Source: Chiloscyllium plagiosum (taxonomy: Eukaryota). From it: a stretch of 20,000 bases of DNA. The stretch spans positions 44,397 through 64,396 of the forward strand of contig NW_025215113.1 in assembly GCF_004010195.1 (NCBI RefSeq), written 5' to 3'. Of the stretch, positions 9,825 to 20,000 are shown piece by piece. How positions within the stretch are numbered: position 1 is the stretch's first letter; each line of letters starts with the position of its first letter. Position numbers and translations under genes: made by a program. The notes under the pieces were generated by a model. That model was not told the DNA's origin. It was given only the letters and a program-made list of their open reading frames with translations, and did not search any database.

Positions 9825-10461
9825 TAACCAATTTTCTCCTTCCCCACCTATAAACTACCCCATCCCATGGTGGAAACTTGTGAGGGTGAAGGAGGGAAGC
9901 CTCAGCCATCAGCTGGATTGCCATCAGAAGCCACATTGATGCATTTTGGGAAGACGCATTGTTTTACTCTAGGCATTTGACAGGGCAGCAGCAAGCTTAT
10001 CCCTGAGGATCAAGGACTCCAGGTGAAAAAGTCTAACCAATAAGAACTGTGAGCCAATCAGAAGCAGGCAGCTCCTTTGTGCTCCAGCAAAGTCTGTTGC
10101 TTCTGCCAGTATGGCACGTACCTAATGCCTAGGATTGCCACATGATACCAGGCCACAGGTGAGTGATGAAGAAAAGAATATCAGGGAAGGAGGGAAGTGA
10201 GAGGGTTCAGCACAAAAGACTGGGGAAGGTTGGCTCTCACCAGGTCTTTATGATGTTCGATCCCTCAATCCGGTGCAGGTTGATATGAATAAGAAGGTTG
10301 TAGTGATGTCCCAGCAACACCCTCCTGTCTGATTAAATGACCTGGTTACCAATTCAGAGTGGAGGGGATCTCACAAGATTCCACCCCATTAATCCCGATT
10401 GATAAATTTTCCTATTGAACCAGTTTGGGTGCCAGTAATCCCCCAATGACAAAATTCCTTA
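9825..10461. mobile_element. Probable non-autonomous DNA transposon (Harbinger-related)
   Basis: GC-richer block bounded by degenerate inverted ends CCAATTTTCTC (9828-9838) and GACAAAATTCC (10448-10458). Internal GGATCAAGGACTCC...GCCAATCAGAAGCAGGCAGCTC...CCAGGCCACAGGTGAGTG resembles a recalled shark repeat. Confidence 0.5.
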
Positions 10462-10599
10462 TTAATTTTCACTATCCACATCATTCTGGTTTGATTCTAC
10501 TGCGGTAATGCTGCGGGAGATGAAGATGTCTCCAAATCTGTTTGTTTTTTTCTCCCTCCCTGGCTCCAAGTTTGAGGAAGGGAGAAATTGAAAATAAGT

Positions 10600-12050
10600 A
10601 TTTCAGAGTTGGTAACTGATTGCTTTCTTAAATTGACTGAAAGGGGAAAAAAAGTTGCTATTTGTTAAAACCTCAAACTATTCGAGCTGTGTTTGTGCAA
10701 TTAATGAAAAACAGTAGGTTAAAAAAATAAATTACAGCAATAAAAATTCCTCTTGAGAAGCCAACACCAGACTGGGAGAGAAAAATATACTAACCCCGAG
10801 GCTAAGCCGCTAAATAAGTTGTGAATTAATTTTTGTAAAGCACTCCCATATTACTAAGGTGTGTTGAAAGGTGTCTACTCATGTTTCAAATTAAACGCAC
10901 TGCTGGTCAGCATTAGCACCTCAGTGCTGCAACACAGCCACTTGCCTATAACACTTCAGGGGCCGGGAAAGTAGGTTTGCCATTCACACTGGAATAATTA
11001 GAACATGTCAAGAAGAATTAATTTCCTCATTTTTCAAAAGGATACACAGAAATTACCATGTTATTATATGACAGGGTCCCTCGGAGAATTGTATTAAATT
11101 TAATTTCTAACGCAGCCCACACAACAAATTAAAGTCATAAATAAGATGGAAAGAAGCAGGACGCAGAGCATATGTTTATGGCAATGACTGAAGCCAAGGG
11201 ACCAGAAACAACTATCTTCATTTCATTTTATTTAAATCAGCCAGACACTGTGTGTCTGAATGACAGCAATTGCTAATGGGAGCTGAGATTAGGCTGCCTG
11301 ATACCAGGAAACAGAAACAGCCACTTATCCGATACTTAAACCAAAGATTTGACAGCAACACTGGGATCTGCCAATACCTGAGCTCAGCTCACAGGCACTA
11401 CTCATACATGCTTGTTAGGTGTTGAAACAGTCAATGCCCAACTGTAAACTGAATGCTTTTTTCATGCCAGAGGAAGAGGGAAAACTCCTGTTGTTAGCCT
11501 GAGTGCTCCCTTGGGCATAACAAACTTTAAATAATTTGCAAATCAATTAATTGGTTACTTGCTACATAATACAGATTTCACACTCCCAGGTCACTGGATT
11601 GCAGACATGAGAGAAATCATAACATTTTTCAAGAAGTTCATGATTGAAATCATTAATTAATTTAAGTGGTGCATTGCATTAAGCAGATGTGGAGGTACAG
11701 AGCGTAATTAGTAGTTTCTTGGCTATTATTATTATTAAATTCACGGCTGGGAGAATATCTCCTCATTTTCAGAAGTAAAAGCAGAAATCTCTGTAGGGAT
11801 TGTTTGATACATTCTGTTTAACTGAACAGCTAAATCGAGTGAATCTGGTATTACATCAAGTTACTGCAGCCAAGTTATTTGCAAAACTTTTGTCCACTGC
11901 CTATGTGTTGGACCCCGTTTGTTAACGTCATTTTGCACTAACCCGATCGCAGCCCTGCTGAGCAATTCACAGGTGTTCACTCACCTGCCAATGCCTCATC
12001 TAATGGTCATTTGCATCTTGTGATTTTCAAGTAAACAGTGGCATGTTGTT
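10600..12050. promoter_or_regulatory. Candidate conserved non-coding/enhancer block
   Basis: No repeat recognised over about 1.5 kb; many TAAT/TAATTA sites, TGACAG at 11069, 11261 and 11350, octamer ATTTGCAT 12009-12016, FOX GTAAACA 12031-12037, retained CpGs near 11915-11950. Motif content only; conservation not tested. Confidence 0.35.
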
Positions 12051-12109
12051 CCACCAAAAAAGACAGCATATTTGGCTTAATACTGTCCATACTCAATGTC
12101 CATGCATGT

Positions 12110-12310
12110 GTACTGAACGCACAGGCATGGCTGAGCAGCAATGAGCAAATGATTTCTCTGGCTGGTTTTGTTTTCTCTGCAAGAGTTAAAATAAAACCTC
12201 TAAATGATGAAAATACTCCCTTTTCATCAGCTGAAAATAGAAATAGTGGATTAACATCTCAATTTGGAGCCCTTGTCTAACAGAAGGCCAATCTCTCAAA
12301 TTATAACATA
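12110..12310 (-). mobile_element. Very decayed DeuSINE-like fragment
   Basis: CAGCAATGAGCAAATGA...AATACTCCCTTTTC...AAATAG...GGATTAACATCTCA follows the recalled order of the Deu domain; TTAACATCTCA also occurs at 15538. Confidence 0.45.
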
Positions 12311-12794
12311 ATGCTTCCAAAATGTTCCGCCCTCTTCCCTGATTCAGGGGTAATTAGAAGATCGCCCCATCGGCTGAAATAAGCTACCTTAGCATAGGCT
12401 ATTGTTTGAACCAGAGACAGATTGGTCATATTGATCTATATACCACTGTGGGCTGTAAATAGCATTATTGAGTGAGGCTCCAGCTATGCTCCAATATTTA
12501 TTCATTTGCACAATTTACATTTGTTTCAACCTGTTTTTTTCTGCACTGAGACATCAAGTCATCAATCCTGGAATTGAGACATAGCAACATAGGACCCATC
12601 AGGCAAAGCACATCACTTTTGATTGCTAACATGGGACCTGAAAGTATATCATAATGTGACAAATCCTGTTCTTTCTCAATAATGTTTTATTGCTTTATAA
12701 GCTAAATAGTACAGATTATAACAGTTTTTTTTGGATTGCAAGTTAGAATTTGCTGATGGCAGTGGCCCTTTAAACTGTGTTAATGGCAGAAAAG

Positions 12795-13233
12795 AGTGGC
12801 AGAAATTCTGCTAGAAAACAGGCAATGACACTACCCTGTGAAATCCTGTCAAAGGGCTGTTCCTGAGAAAAGATACAATCTGTGCTGCTTTGCTTCTATA
12901 AACATCACCTTCAAACCAATACGTATGGGCCATGTGAAAATCAGGCTTGCTCTGAGTAGTACACTTGCTCATCATCTTTCTGGAGATCACTATGAGTATT
13001 CTGTTATTAGGCTCTTGTGCCTAATTCTCAAAGTTGAATTGCAGGGAGAAGTCAATGCAGTGTTGGAGGTCAGCCCCTACATGTCCTGTGATGAACTAAT
13101 GGTAATGAATTGGCAAAATATCAAGACTTAAGCAAGTTCCAAAAAAAAACCAGGGCAACAGCATTTCTCCTCATAATTTTATTCTTTTCTTTTACGCTGA
13201 TTTTTTTTCCTGCACGGAAAGAATTCTGACACT
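12795..13233. mobile_element. Possible MITE with imperfect terminal inverted repeats
   Basis: Left AGTGGCAGAAATTCT (12795-12809); right end reverse complement AGTGTCAGAATTCT (13233-13220). Confidence 0.4.
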
Positions 13234-13819
13234 TATGTTTTAATTCCATAGTTACCAGTTTGGACAATTAGCATTCCTTTACTAGTAATTGGACTCTGGA
13301 GCATTCTTTGGACAGCTGAGAGGTACAGCTCAACGTGAGAGTGAATGTTGTCACATAGCAGTGAGGTAAAGCTTATCAGCTGTCATCCTGGTTACACTGC
13401 TGCTTGTTACATTGGACTTTCAAAATGTTGTAGTGATACACACAACAGGGTTAATTGGAAAGCAAATTAAATTCAACAGCTGTTTGATAATTTAGAACAT
13501 GTAACAATGGCAATGTGTCACCTCAGTATATAGGGACAAAAATAAATGAAGCCACCCTACAGTCTCTTGCTTCCCAAACTAGCAGAATCACCTCTTATTA
13601 TCTTTCAGGTTACAGACTAGTATAATGTTAGTCACCTGTTAGCAGATTACTCACTGTGGTGAAAACTCAATTATCACCCATATAACCCAATTATAAAACC
13701 ATATAAGTCCAACTTAAGCAACAATTAATGCATAGGCAATACATTGAAAGGAACATAATAATTTTTGTATGAATGTGGCGTTCTGAATCCCCTGCTTAAA
13801 TATCCCAACTACAGATAAA

Positions 13820-13930
13820 TAAAGGTTCCCAAGCAACTAAATAAGGCACTCAACCATATAGACTAGAAGTTTCCTTGGTCTAACTTGTTTAATGCTTTGT
13901 CTTCTGGTTGGGGGCAATAGGAAGCATGAT
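13820..13930 (+). mobile_element. SINE family B head fragment
   Basis: CAACCATATAGACTAGAAGTTTCCTTGGTCTAA resembles the reverse complement of 19760-19795 (GAACTGTACAGACCAGAAAGACTTGAGGTTCAA). Confidence 0.35.
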
Positions 13931-14074
13931 TGGTTTTCAAAAGCCTTGACTGTGTTCACATCAACAAAACCTTTTACTTACAGATGTTCTATTTCCTGTA
14001 CACAGTTACAGTTCCACATGAGCTCAGATTGTCTCATTTGTGAAATCTCCAGACTCTTTCTGCCTTCTCCTAGT

Positions 14075-14395
14075 CACCATCATTACATCATGATCTCTTA
14101 GACTCATGCTGTTAACCCATTGTTCCCTGATCATAGCCCAAGTTGTTATCATAAGAGCAAATTCATCACCCAGGGTTCCCACCTTTATCACTTTCGATGG
14201 ATACATGAGTGGACCTCAGGATCCAACTTAGTTTGAAGCCCCATTCTCTATGATTAAGCAAATAATTGCTGTTCACTATCTAGCTCCAGAAGTAGAGATT
14301 GACCATTTGAGCAAAATAGTCAGAGCATGCAGTAGCCCATGGAAACCTATCAAGTAGGAGAGACTGCTTTTAGGATAAGTAGAGAAGAAATTAAT
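14075..14395 (+). mobile_element. Old SINE family B copy, near full length
   Basis: ATCACCCAGGGTTCCCACCTTTATCACT, TTCACTATCTAGCTC, TGACCATTTGAGCAA and CCCATGGAAACC...CTGCTTTTAGGA occur in the same order as in other copies. Confidence 0.6.
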
Positions 14396-15129
14396 GGGGG
14401 TGTGTGGTACAGATACTGGAAGATAGCATCTAAGTTAAGCAGCTATATGAATTACACTTGATTTATGTCTCAAATCAACCAGAAACTAATCAATTGGTAA
14501 CTCTTCCAAACCCAAAGACTTAATTAAAAAATAATTAGAACATTCAATTGTGAGGCATCATCATTTATTCGCCCCAATTATTAACAGGAAATATTTTTAA
14601 AAATCAAATGTCAGTTTGTAAGAACATAAGGAATAATAACAATTTCATTAACATGGAAGCATACATTATTACTTAATTCATTCTTTTAAAAGGAAGGAAT
14701 TATCACTGTACTAGGTTAGTTACACAGCAATTATCAAGTCACTGGACAGACAGGGCAAATTGTGGCTAATTTTCAAGAAAAGAAAATTAGGTAAACTCTA
14801 ATTTCTGAGCCACAACTCAGACCCCTCCCATTTCCACAGACATCTGTATGTATTAATACTTAAACCGACAAGAGTCAGTTTGGCTAATGCGGCAAGTAGG
14901 AATGCAGCCAGAGGAAGCTGCCCAGCAACATTAACCAATTTGACTATTGGCAGCAAAAATTCTGTTGAGCAACAGTCTGCTCCTGACCCATAATACAGAA
15001 ACCTCTGTTTGATTAGAGCAGAAACTAGTATCTTTCTCTGTAAAAAAAAATTTTGTCATGTTCACACACCAAGCCATCGCCAAAACCATGAGTTTCTTAA
15101 AGTATACATAAGTGGTTCTCAAAGTTCTT

Positions 15130-15460
15130 CCACTGCTAGGTGATGGAGACTGCAGTGGTGACCCATGCTTGACTATGCCCAGTCTTTGCTCAACAGAATA
15201 ACTAAAACTCAGAGCTCAAGGAGACTAGGACAGACAAATGAAAATTGTCCATGTAGCATCCATGCAAAACCTTTGGTTTGAATCCAGTGAGCATTGCTGG
15301 ACTGTGCATATAGTGGTAAGAATAGGATGGGGCTTTGCTATGCTGGGTTTCTTTCAAGGTTTGTTGAAGAACAGTGAATTAAGTGAAGTATCAAATAACA
15401 TCAGCCTCCCTGACCCTGTAATCACTGCCTTTTAGGTAAAAAAAGAGGGAGAATTGGAGG
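15130..15460 (+). mobile_element. Old SINE family B copy, decayed
   Basis: ATCCAGTGAGCATTGCTGGACTGTGCAT...GGTAAGAATAGGATGGGGCTTTGCTATG and 3' CTGCCTTTTAGG...GAGGGAGAATTGG (compare 14365-14392). Confidence 0.45.
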
Positions 15461-15494
15461 AGCAAAGGAATAACCCAACAACATGTACAATTTA

Positions 15495-15695
15495 AACAAA
15501 CAATTTGTATTTATATAGTGTCAGAAAGAACCTTAATTTAACATCTCAGATAAAGGCATCAGTTTCAGGTCACATCTAAAAATCAACATCTTCAACAATA
15601 CAGCACTTTCTCAGTGATACACTGAAGTGACAATCTGGATTATGAGCTCAAGTCCATAGTGAATTGAACCTACAACTTTCTGAAATAAAAGGTAA
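15495..15695 (-). mobile_element. DeuSINE (SacSINE1-like) with internal deletion
   Basis: CATCTTCAACAATACAGCACTTTCTCAGTGATACACTGAAGTGACAATCTGGATTATGAGCTCAAGTCC...TTGAACCTACAACTTTCTGA (minus B box GGTTCAATTC) plus L2-type tail AACAATTTGTATTTATATAGTG. Confidence 0.8.
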
Positions 15696-15819
15696 TTTAA
15701 AAGAAACAAAAGAAGACATATGACATTCCATTTATTGTTTACTGACATTCTGTATTCTTTGTGGAATTAAGTATGATCCTAGTTGACACTTCCTTTGATA
15801 GTGGACTGAAGTACACTGA

Positions 15820-15922
15820 CAAAAAATAATTTATGCTTATTCAAACCACTCTAGACATCTTCAGGTGTTTCCAAATGAGCTCACAGTGGAGTGATTAAAT
15901 GCATCTGATAACAAGCCACACA
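15820..15922 (-). mobile_element. L2 LINE 3' end fragment
   Basis: CATCTTCAGGTGTTTCCAAATGAGCTCACAG...TGATAACAAGCCACA resembles the recalled reverse 3' end of shark L2. Confidence 0.45.
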
Positions 15923-16639
15923 TTGCTGAAATTACTTACTGCCTCATTTTATGATTAATTAAACATGTAGATTAAAGTTGCAAAAGAATTTAGATTAATG
16001 AGTGAGTTAAGTCTTGCTGATATAAGTGAAGTGGGAATTGGATGATCCCTGGAACTTTATAAACATGCATTCTAGACATGGATACATGTTGAATCAGGGC
16101 CGCCTGGGCTTTTGATTGTGCAGTCATGTTTAACATGGTTTGACAGCTTTCAAATAATATATGCTACTAACTCTGAAAGTTTGTGAGTAAAAGCCATCAG
16201 TAGTTATCAATTAAAAAGTGAAACTGCAAGAAAGCCAATTTGTAATTTGCTAACTTTTTGAAGTAATGGTCTTATATGAGTGCCACATTATATTATATAG
16301 TAGGTAATGATATTAGGTCAAATCTACTGTTTCATTAGCATGAAGCAGATTCGCAAGCAATACAGCAGCAGAGAGGATTTTCAGAAAGGTTTGTGAAAGA
16401 CATCAACAAGGATAATAATGCAAATGCTAAAACGGTTAACAGGCTGAAGCATATCCGAAATATTAGGGGGAAAAGATTGAGTATCCAGTGATCAGATTCA
16501 TAAGGGAGCTAACATTGTTGAAAGAACAGCAGAGGGATCTTTACCAAGGAATATGAGGCATGAGGGATTAAAAGATTAGCTAAAACTCAATGCTCGAAGT
16601 CTCAAAAATGCTACCAGTATCCTTGCTAAGTCATACAAA

Positions 16640-16930
16640 GAAAAAGTTCACTATGTTGAATGAATGTTGGTAGGTGTAATTAGGAGCATTTTAAAGATGA
16701 GGGAGGTTGCATACTTTGAAACAGGAGGTGGTTTTACAAAAGGATGGACTCCCAATGAACTGAAGTGAGGCAATACCAAATGCTAGCATTTGTGCGTTTT
16801 CATTGAAATGAATAAACCCAAGGGACAAGAATCTTGGAATTATCTTAGGTCATGTAGGGAAGTGTTGCGAACAAGTACTCGAAGGGAGCAAACCAATGTA
16901 TGATAGCAAATTCAATTATGTACCTCAGTG
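16640..16930 (-). mobile_element. Possible decayed L2 fragment
   Basis: Purine-rich GTAGGTGTAATTAGGAGCATTTTAAAGATGAGGGAG and AACCAATGTATGATAGCAA resemble reverse L2 ORF2 3' sequence; weak. Confidence 0.3.
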
Positions 16931-17099
16931 CAGATCAAGAGAAGAGAGATAGTGAAGAGAGATTAAGGAGCAAAGGAGAGTAAAATATACAGAGAAGTAT
17001 GATTGTGTTTTTATATGCAAATATGAAAAACAACAGAGATGGAAAACAAAAAAACTGGAAGCAGTAACTTTAATAGGGACACATGGTGTTCTGGCCTTG

Positions 17100-17490
17100 A
17101 ATATAGCACAAGTGAGTCATTCATTAAGCCCCTCAAATTTGATCTGTCATTCTATAACATTATGGCTGCTTGTAATTTGGCACTTGACATATGTTCTTTA
17201 TTCCTTTTCATATTTATCACAAAAATATATATCAATCTCGGTCTTGAAAACTTTAATTGAATTCCAGCTCACTATTTTTTGGGAATGTTGAAGGATTGTT
17301 GAAGAGGGATTCAAAGCCCGATTACACTTGTGTGAATGATTGCTTCTTGATTTCACAATAGAATGATTTTATTCTAATTGTAAGATTATGCCACCTTGCT
17401 CTAAATTACTCCATTAGAGGAAATAGTTTCTCTTTATTTGCCCTAACAAGGGCATCTTTAATACCTTAATTAATCTTCCCACAGTCTGAG
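17100..17490 (-). mobile_element. CR1 LINE 3' end fragment
   Basis: Minus translation 17435-17331: KEKLFPLME*FRARWHNLTIRIKSFYCEIKKQSFT (CR1 EKLFPL.GESRTRGHNLKIR..PF..EIRK.FFTQ), followed by 3' UTR-like sequence. Confidence 0.85.
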
Positions 17491-17959
17491 CCCAAGCACG
17501 TAACAATAGGTTGGTAAATCATTACTATAGGGATAGTAAATCCTATAGGCGTATCTACTCATGCAGATCAATGGAGACAGCTCTAGTTAGAGAAATGGGA
17601 TGGATACAGATGTGATGTGTCAAATGCATTCTTTCTACCACAATTTCCATGATTCAAAATATATGTATACATTCAAAATTTCCTGCAGAACCAGATTGCT
17701 ATAGAGTATGATATTTTAATTCATTTATGCTGCCTTTTACAATATCCTGTTTATATAATCACATAAATACTTTTTTAAAATCAACCCTGTAGGAAGATTT
17801 CTGCACTTAAATTATTATTTTTTGAATTATATTTGTACTCTGCCATTGTTTTCTGTCGTGGTCATACAATAACAATTATCGTTTTAATGTTATAAATAGA
17901 ATTACTGGATTCAACAACAACCTTGTGGATAAATATAAAATCAGAAGAGATTCTAATAA

Positions 17960-18320
17960 CTATTGGATAGGATACAGTGGCCATATATTCAACAGAAAAT
18001 AATGTTGACAATATATATTCAACAAAACATGGCATGACCACAATACATTGCATATAAAATAATATGGCAACTGCATTCCAGAAAAGATGTTGCAAATGTA
18101 ATGTATCTTATGTGGAATAACAAAGCAATTGCATATAGTGCTATCATTGTACAGTTTATACATGATACCACTTCGCATTTTTTATTCCATGTATTAACAC
18201 AGCCACTAGATATTTAATAAGGAATAATACCACTATTAGGTATTACACAAGTGAGAATAAAGCTCCAATTTATATCATGCAAGATAATGCAGATTCAATA
18301 TATTCATAAAAACCTATGGT
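17960..18320. repeat. Highly degenerate AT-rich tandem repeat, unit about 30 bp
   Basis: ATATATTCAACA at 17983 and 18013; recurring ATAAT(A/G)-x-CCAC/CAAT-ATATT pattern; TTGCATATA twice. Confidence 0.4.
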
Positions 18321-19489
18321 GCTCCTACATATCAGAACCAACATATGTGTTATGTTGGTTCAGTGAATTTCCTTTTTAGTAATTGAAAGGAAAGTCATAT
18401 TTCACGTGATTTCAAAAATACAGATGATATTTATCTTCCTTTTTTTTAATCCCCACTGTACTTCACTAGTGCCTAGAGCTCATACGTAATAAGTGGCAAA
18501 GTTATGTGTGGGCTGTGAAGGTCAGATTCTAAGTCGATGACATCTGATATTCAAACAATTAGATGTTGCATATTGGGATTATATTTGTTTTTCCAAGCAA
18601 TATTATTACATTACCCCTTATTTCTATACCTCCCTTCCCCACCCGGATTTCGCATGCTGAAAATTATTTGAATTGGAGCCTAATTGAAAAAATATGATCC
18701 AGTCTGATGGATTCAGCACTCATCTCGAATCATGTTAACCTAAATTTCAGTTCACATCGGAATTGTGATGTTATCTTTTTGGTCTGGGCCTAATTTTGGA
18801 TTATGGCAATAATTAAAAAATTTTTATTGCTTGGTGTAACTTGATGTATGTGTTTACACAATTAAAAATAACAGTTTTGTTCATTCACAGTATGTAGCCA
18901 TACTATTTTCACTCATAGTTGATAGAATAAGATCATAAAATCATTGTCCCTGTTTATGTTGAGAGTAAGAAAGAAAATTTGCCTCCAAAGGGTTAAGTCT
19001 GCTTACTTGGTCTAATTTATGTCTTGGAGACCTTAAAAGTCATCCCCAGGTTCATTGAATCACTTACACTTTCCAGCTGAGAGATCCAGCCTTGATTTAC
19101 CATGTAGGCCAAAGTTGACATAGGAGCTTAGTGGTTTAATAAGCATTTAAATGTCAAATTAGGTTGTTGCGCCTGCCATAGACCAATATTACTGGCATTT
19201 TCTCTGGTGCATATTGAGAATTTAAAAATCCAGCTTTACCACATAGCAAGCAGCTCTGCACCAGAGGTTACTGTTTTTGGAAGGAGATAACCATCAGGTA
19301 AGATGTCGCTGAACAGAGCTAACAAAGAAACTGCAAACAAGCCTGTGTTTGTACCAGAGACAAACTGTCAATTGTATTTCAGAAATGCAGTTTGGAATTT
19401 GAACCACATCAGCTTGAGTTTTGGTATTCGTCCAGTATTATCGCACATAATGAACATTCTTAGTAATTTTTTTTGTTTCTCCCCAATTC

Positions 19490-19825
19490 TGTTAAGCATG
19501 CCGATAGAGCAAGGAGGGAGTCTCAAAGCTCCTGATCGTTCACCTTATGTTAGCCAAGTCATTGACTGCCATTGGCACATTCAGCCATGAAAATGTTGAA
19601 TGTTCGGCTAATGACAAAAGCTTTACATTTTCCACTATGAATCAATGATGATCAAGATCATGACCCCTCATTTATTTTTTTCTTTCCTTATTTCACAATC
19701 ATGCAGGTTAATATTATACCTAACTAGTTGATATCAGTTAATCCAACATAAATTGTGCATTGAACCTCAAGTCTTTCTGGTCTGTACAGTTCAATTCAAC
19801 ATTAAAAATGCACTCACCAACAGCA
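19490..19825 (-). mobile_element. Old SINE family B copy with recognisable tRNA-like head
   Basis: Reverse complement reads GCTGTTGGTGAGTGCA...GAACTGTACAGACCAGAAAGACTTGAGGTTCAATGC (B box)...GTTGGATTAACTGATATCAACTAG...GAAAAAAATAAATGAGGGGTCATGATCTTGATCA, collinear with 3850-4025. Confidence 0.65.
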
Positions 19826-20000
19826 AATGCATAAGCAAAGCTGCCCAAGATGTGATGTGAGTGCCCAGTGTTTTTTTTTAATCCAGTCTTAATGGCCATT
19901 TATGTACTCAATCATTGGCATAGATTAAGCCTATTTCTTGCTAAGCTAGTTCTACCCATAAGGTTGTAAAGTATTATGTAACAATTAAATCAGCTTAAAG

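Noticed and set aside
11985..12230. Minus-strand coding exon (acceptor TTTCTATTTTCAG at 12231, donor CAG/GTGAGT at 11984)
   Set aside because: Stops in all three minus frames within 25 nt of the donor (11996, 12000, 12007). A non-coding exon is not excluded.
19000..19120. Additional SINE head
   Set aside because: Only a partial B-box-like GGTTCATT; no collinear match to other copies that I could support.
846..19590. The short ORFs in the supplied track as host genes
   Set aside because: All are 118 aa or shorter, many use non-ATG starts, none has a recognisable intact domain, and many overlap repeats.

Overview
Non-coding, AT-rich, CpG-poor vertebrate DNA (intron or intergenic). The repeat families point to a cartilaginous fish (shark); this is recognition from memory, not a database search. 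No host exon, RNA gene or prokaryotic feature is supportable, and the listed ORFs look like chance ORFs or repeat debris. Much of the window is old transposon remnants: an about 3 kb decayed Ingi/Vingi-type LINE at 1-3063 (with a possible fossil 2A StopGo motif before its endonuclease), three CR1 fragments, several tRNA-derived SINE families (one with six or more diverged copies), a Penelope-derived palindrome, probable Harbinger debris and two degenerate minisatellites. Stretches between them with no recognised repeat are dense in homeodomain, FOX, TCF and Meis motifs and may be conserved enhancers. I found no convincing new biological system. The best leads are the 2A-like remnant, the nested insertions and the enhancer candidates. 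Repeat boundaries are approximate.
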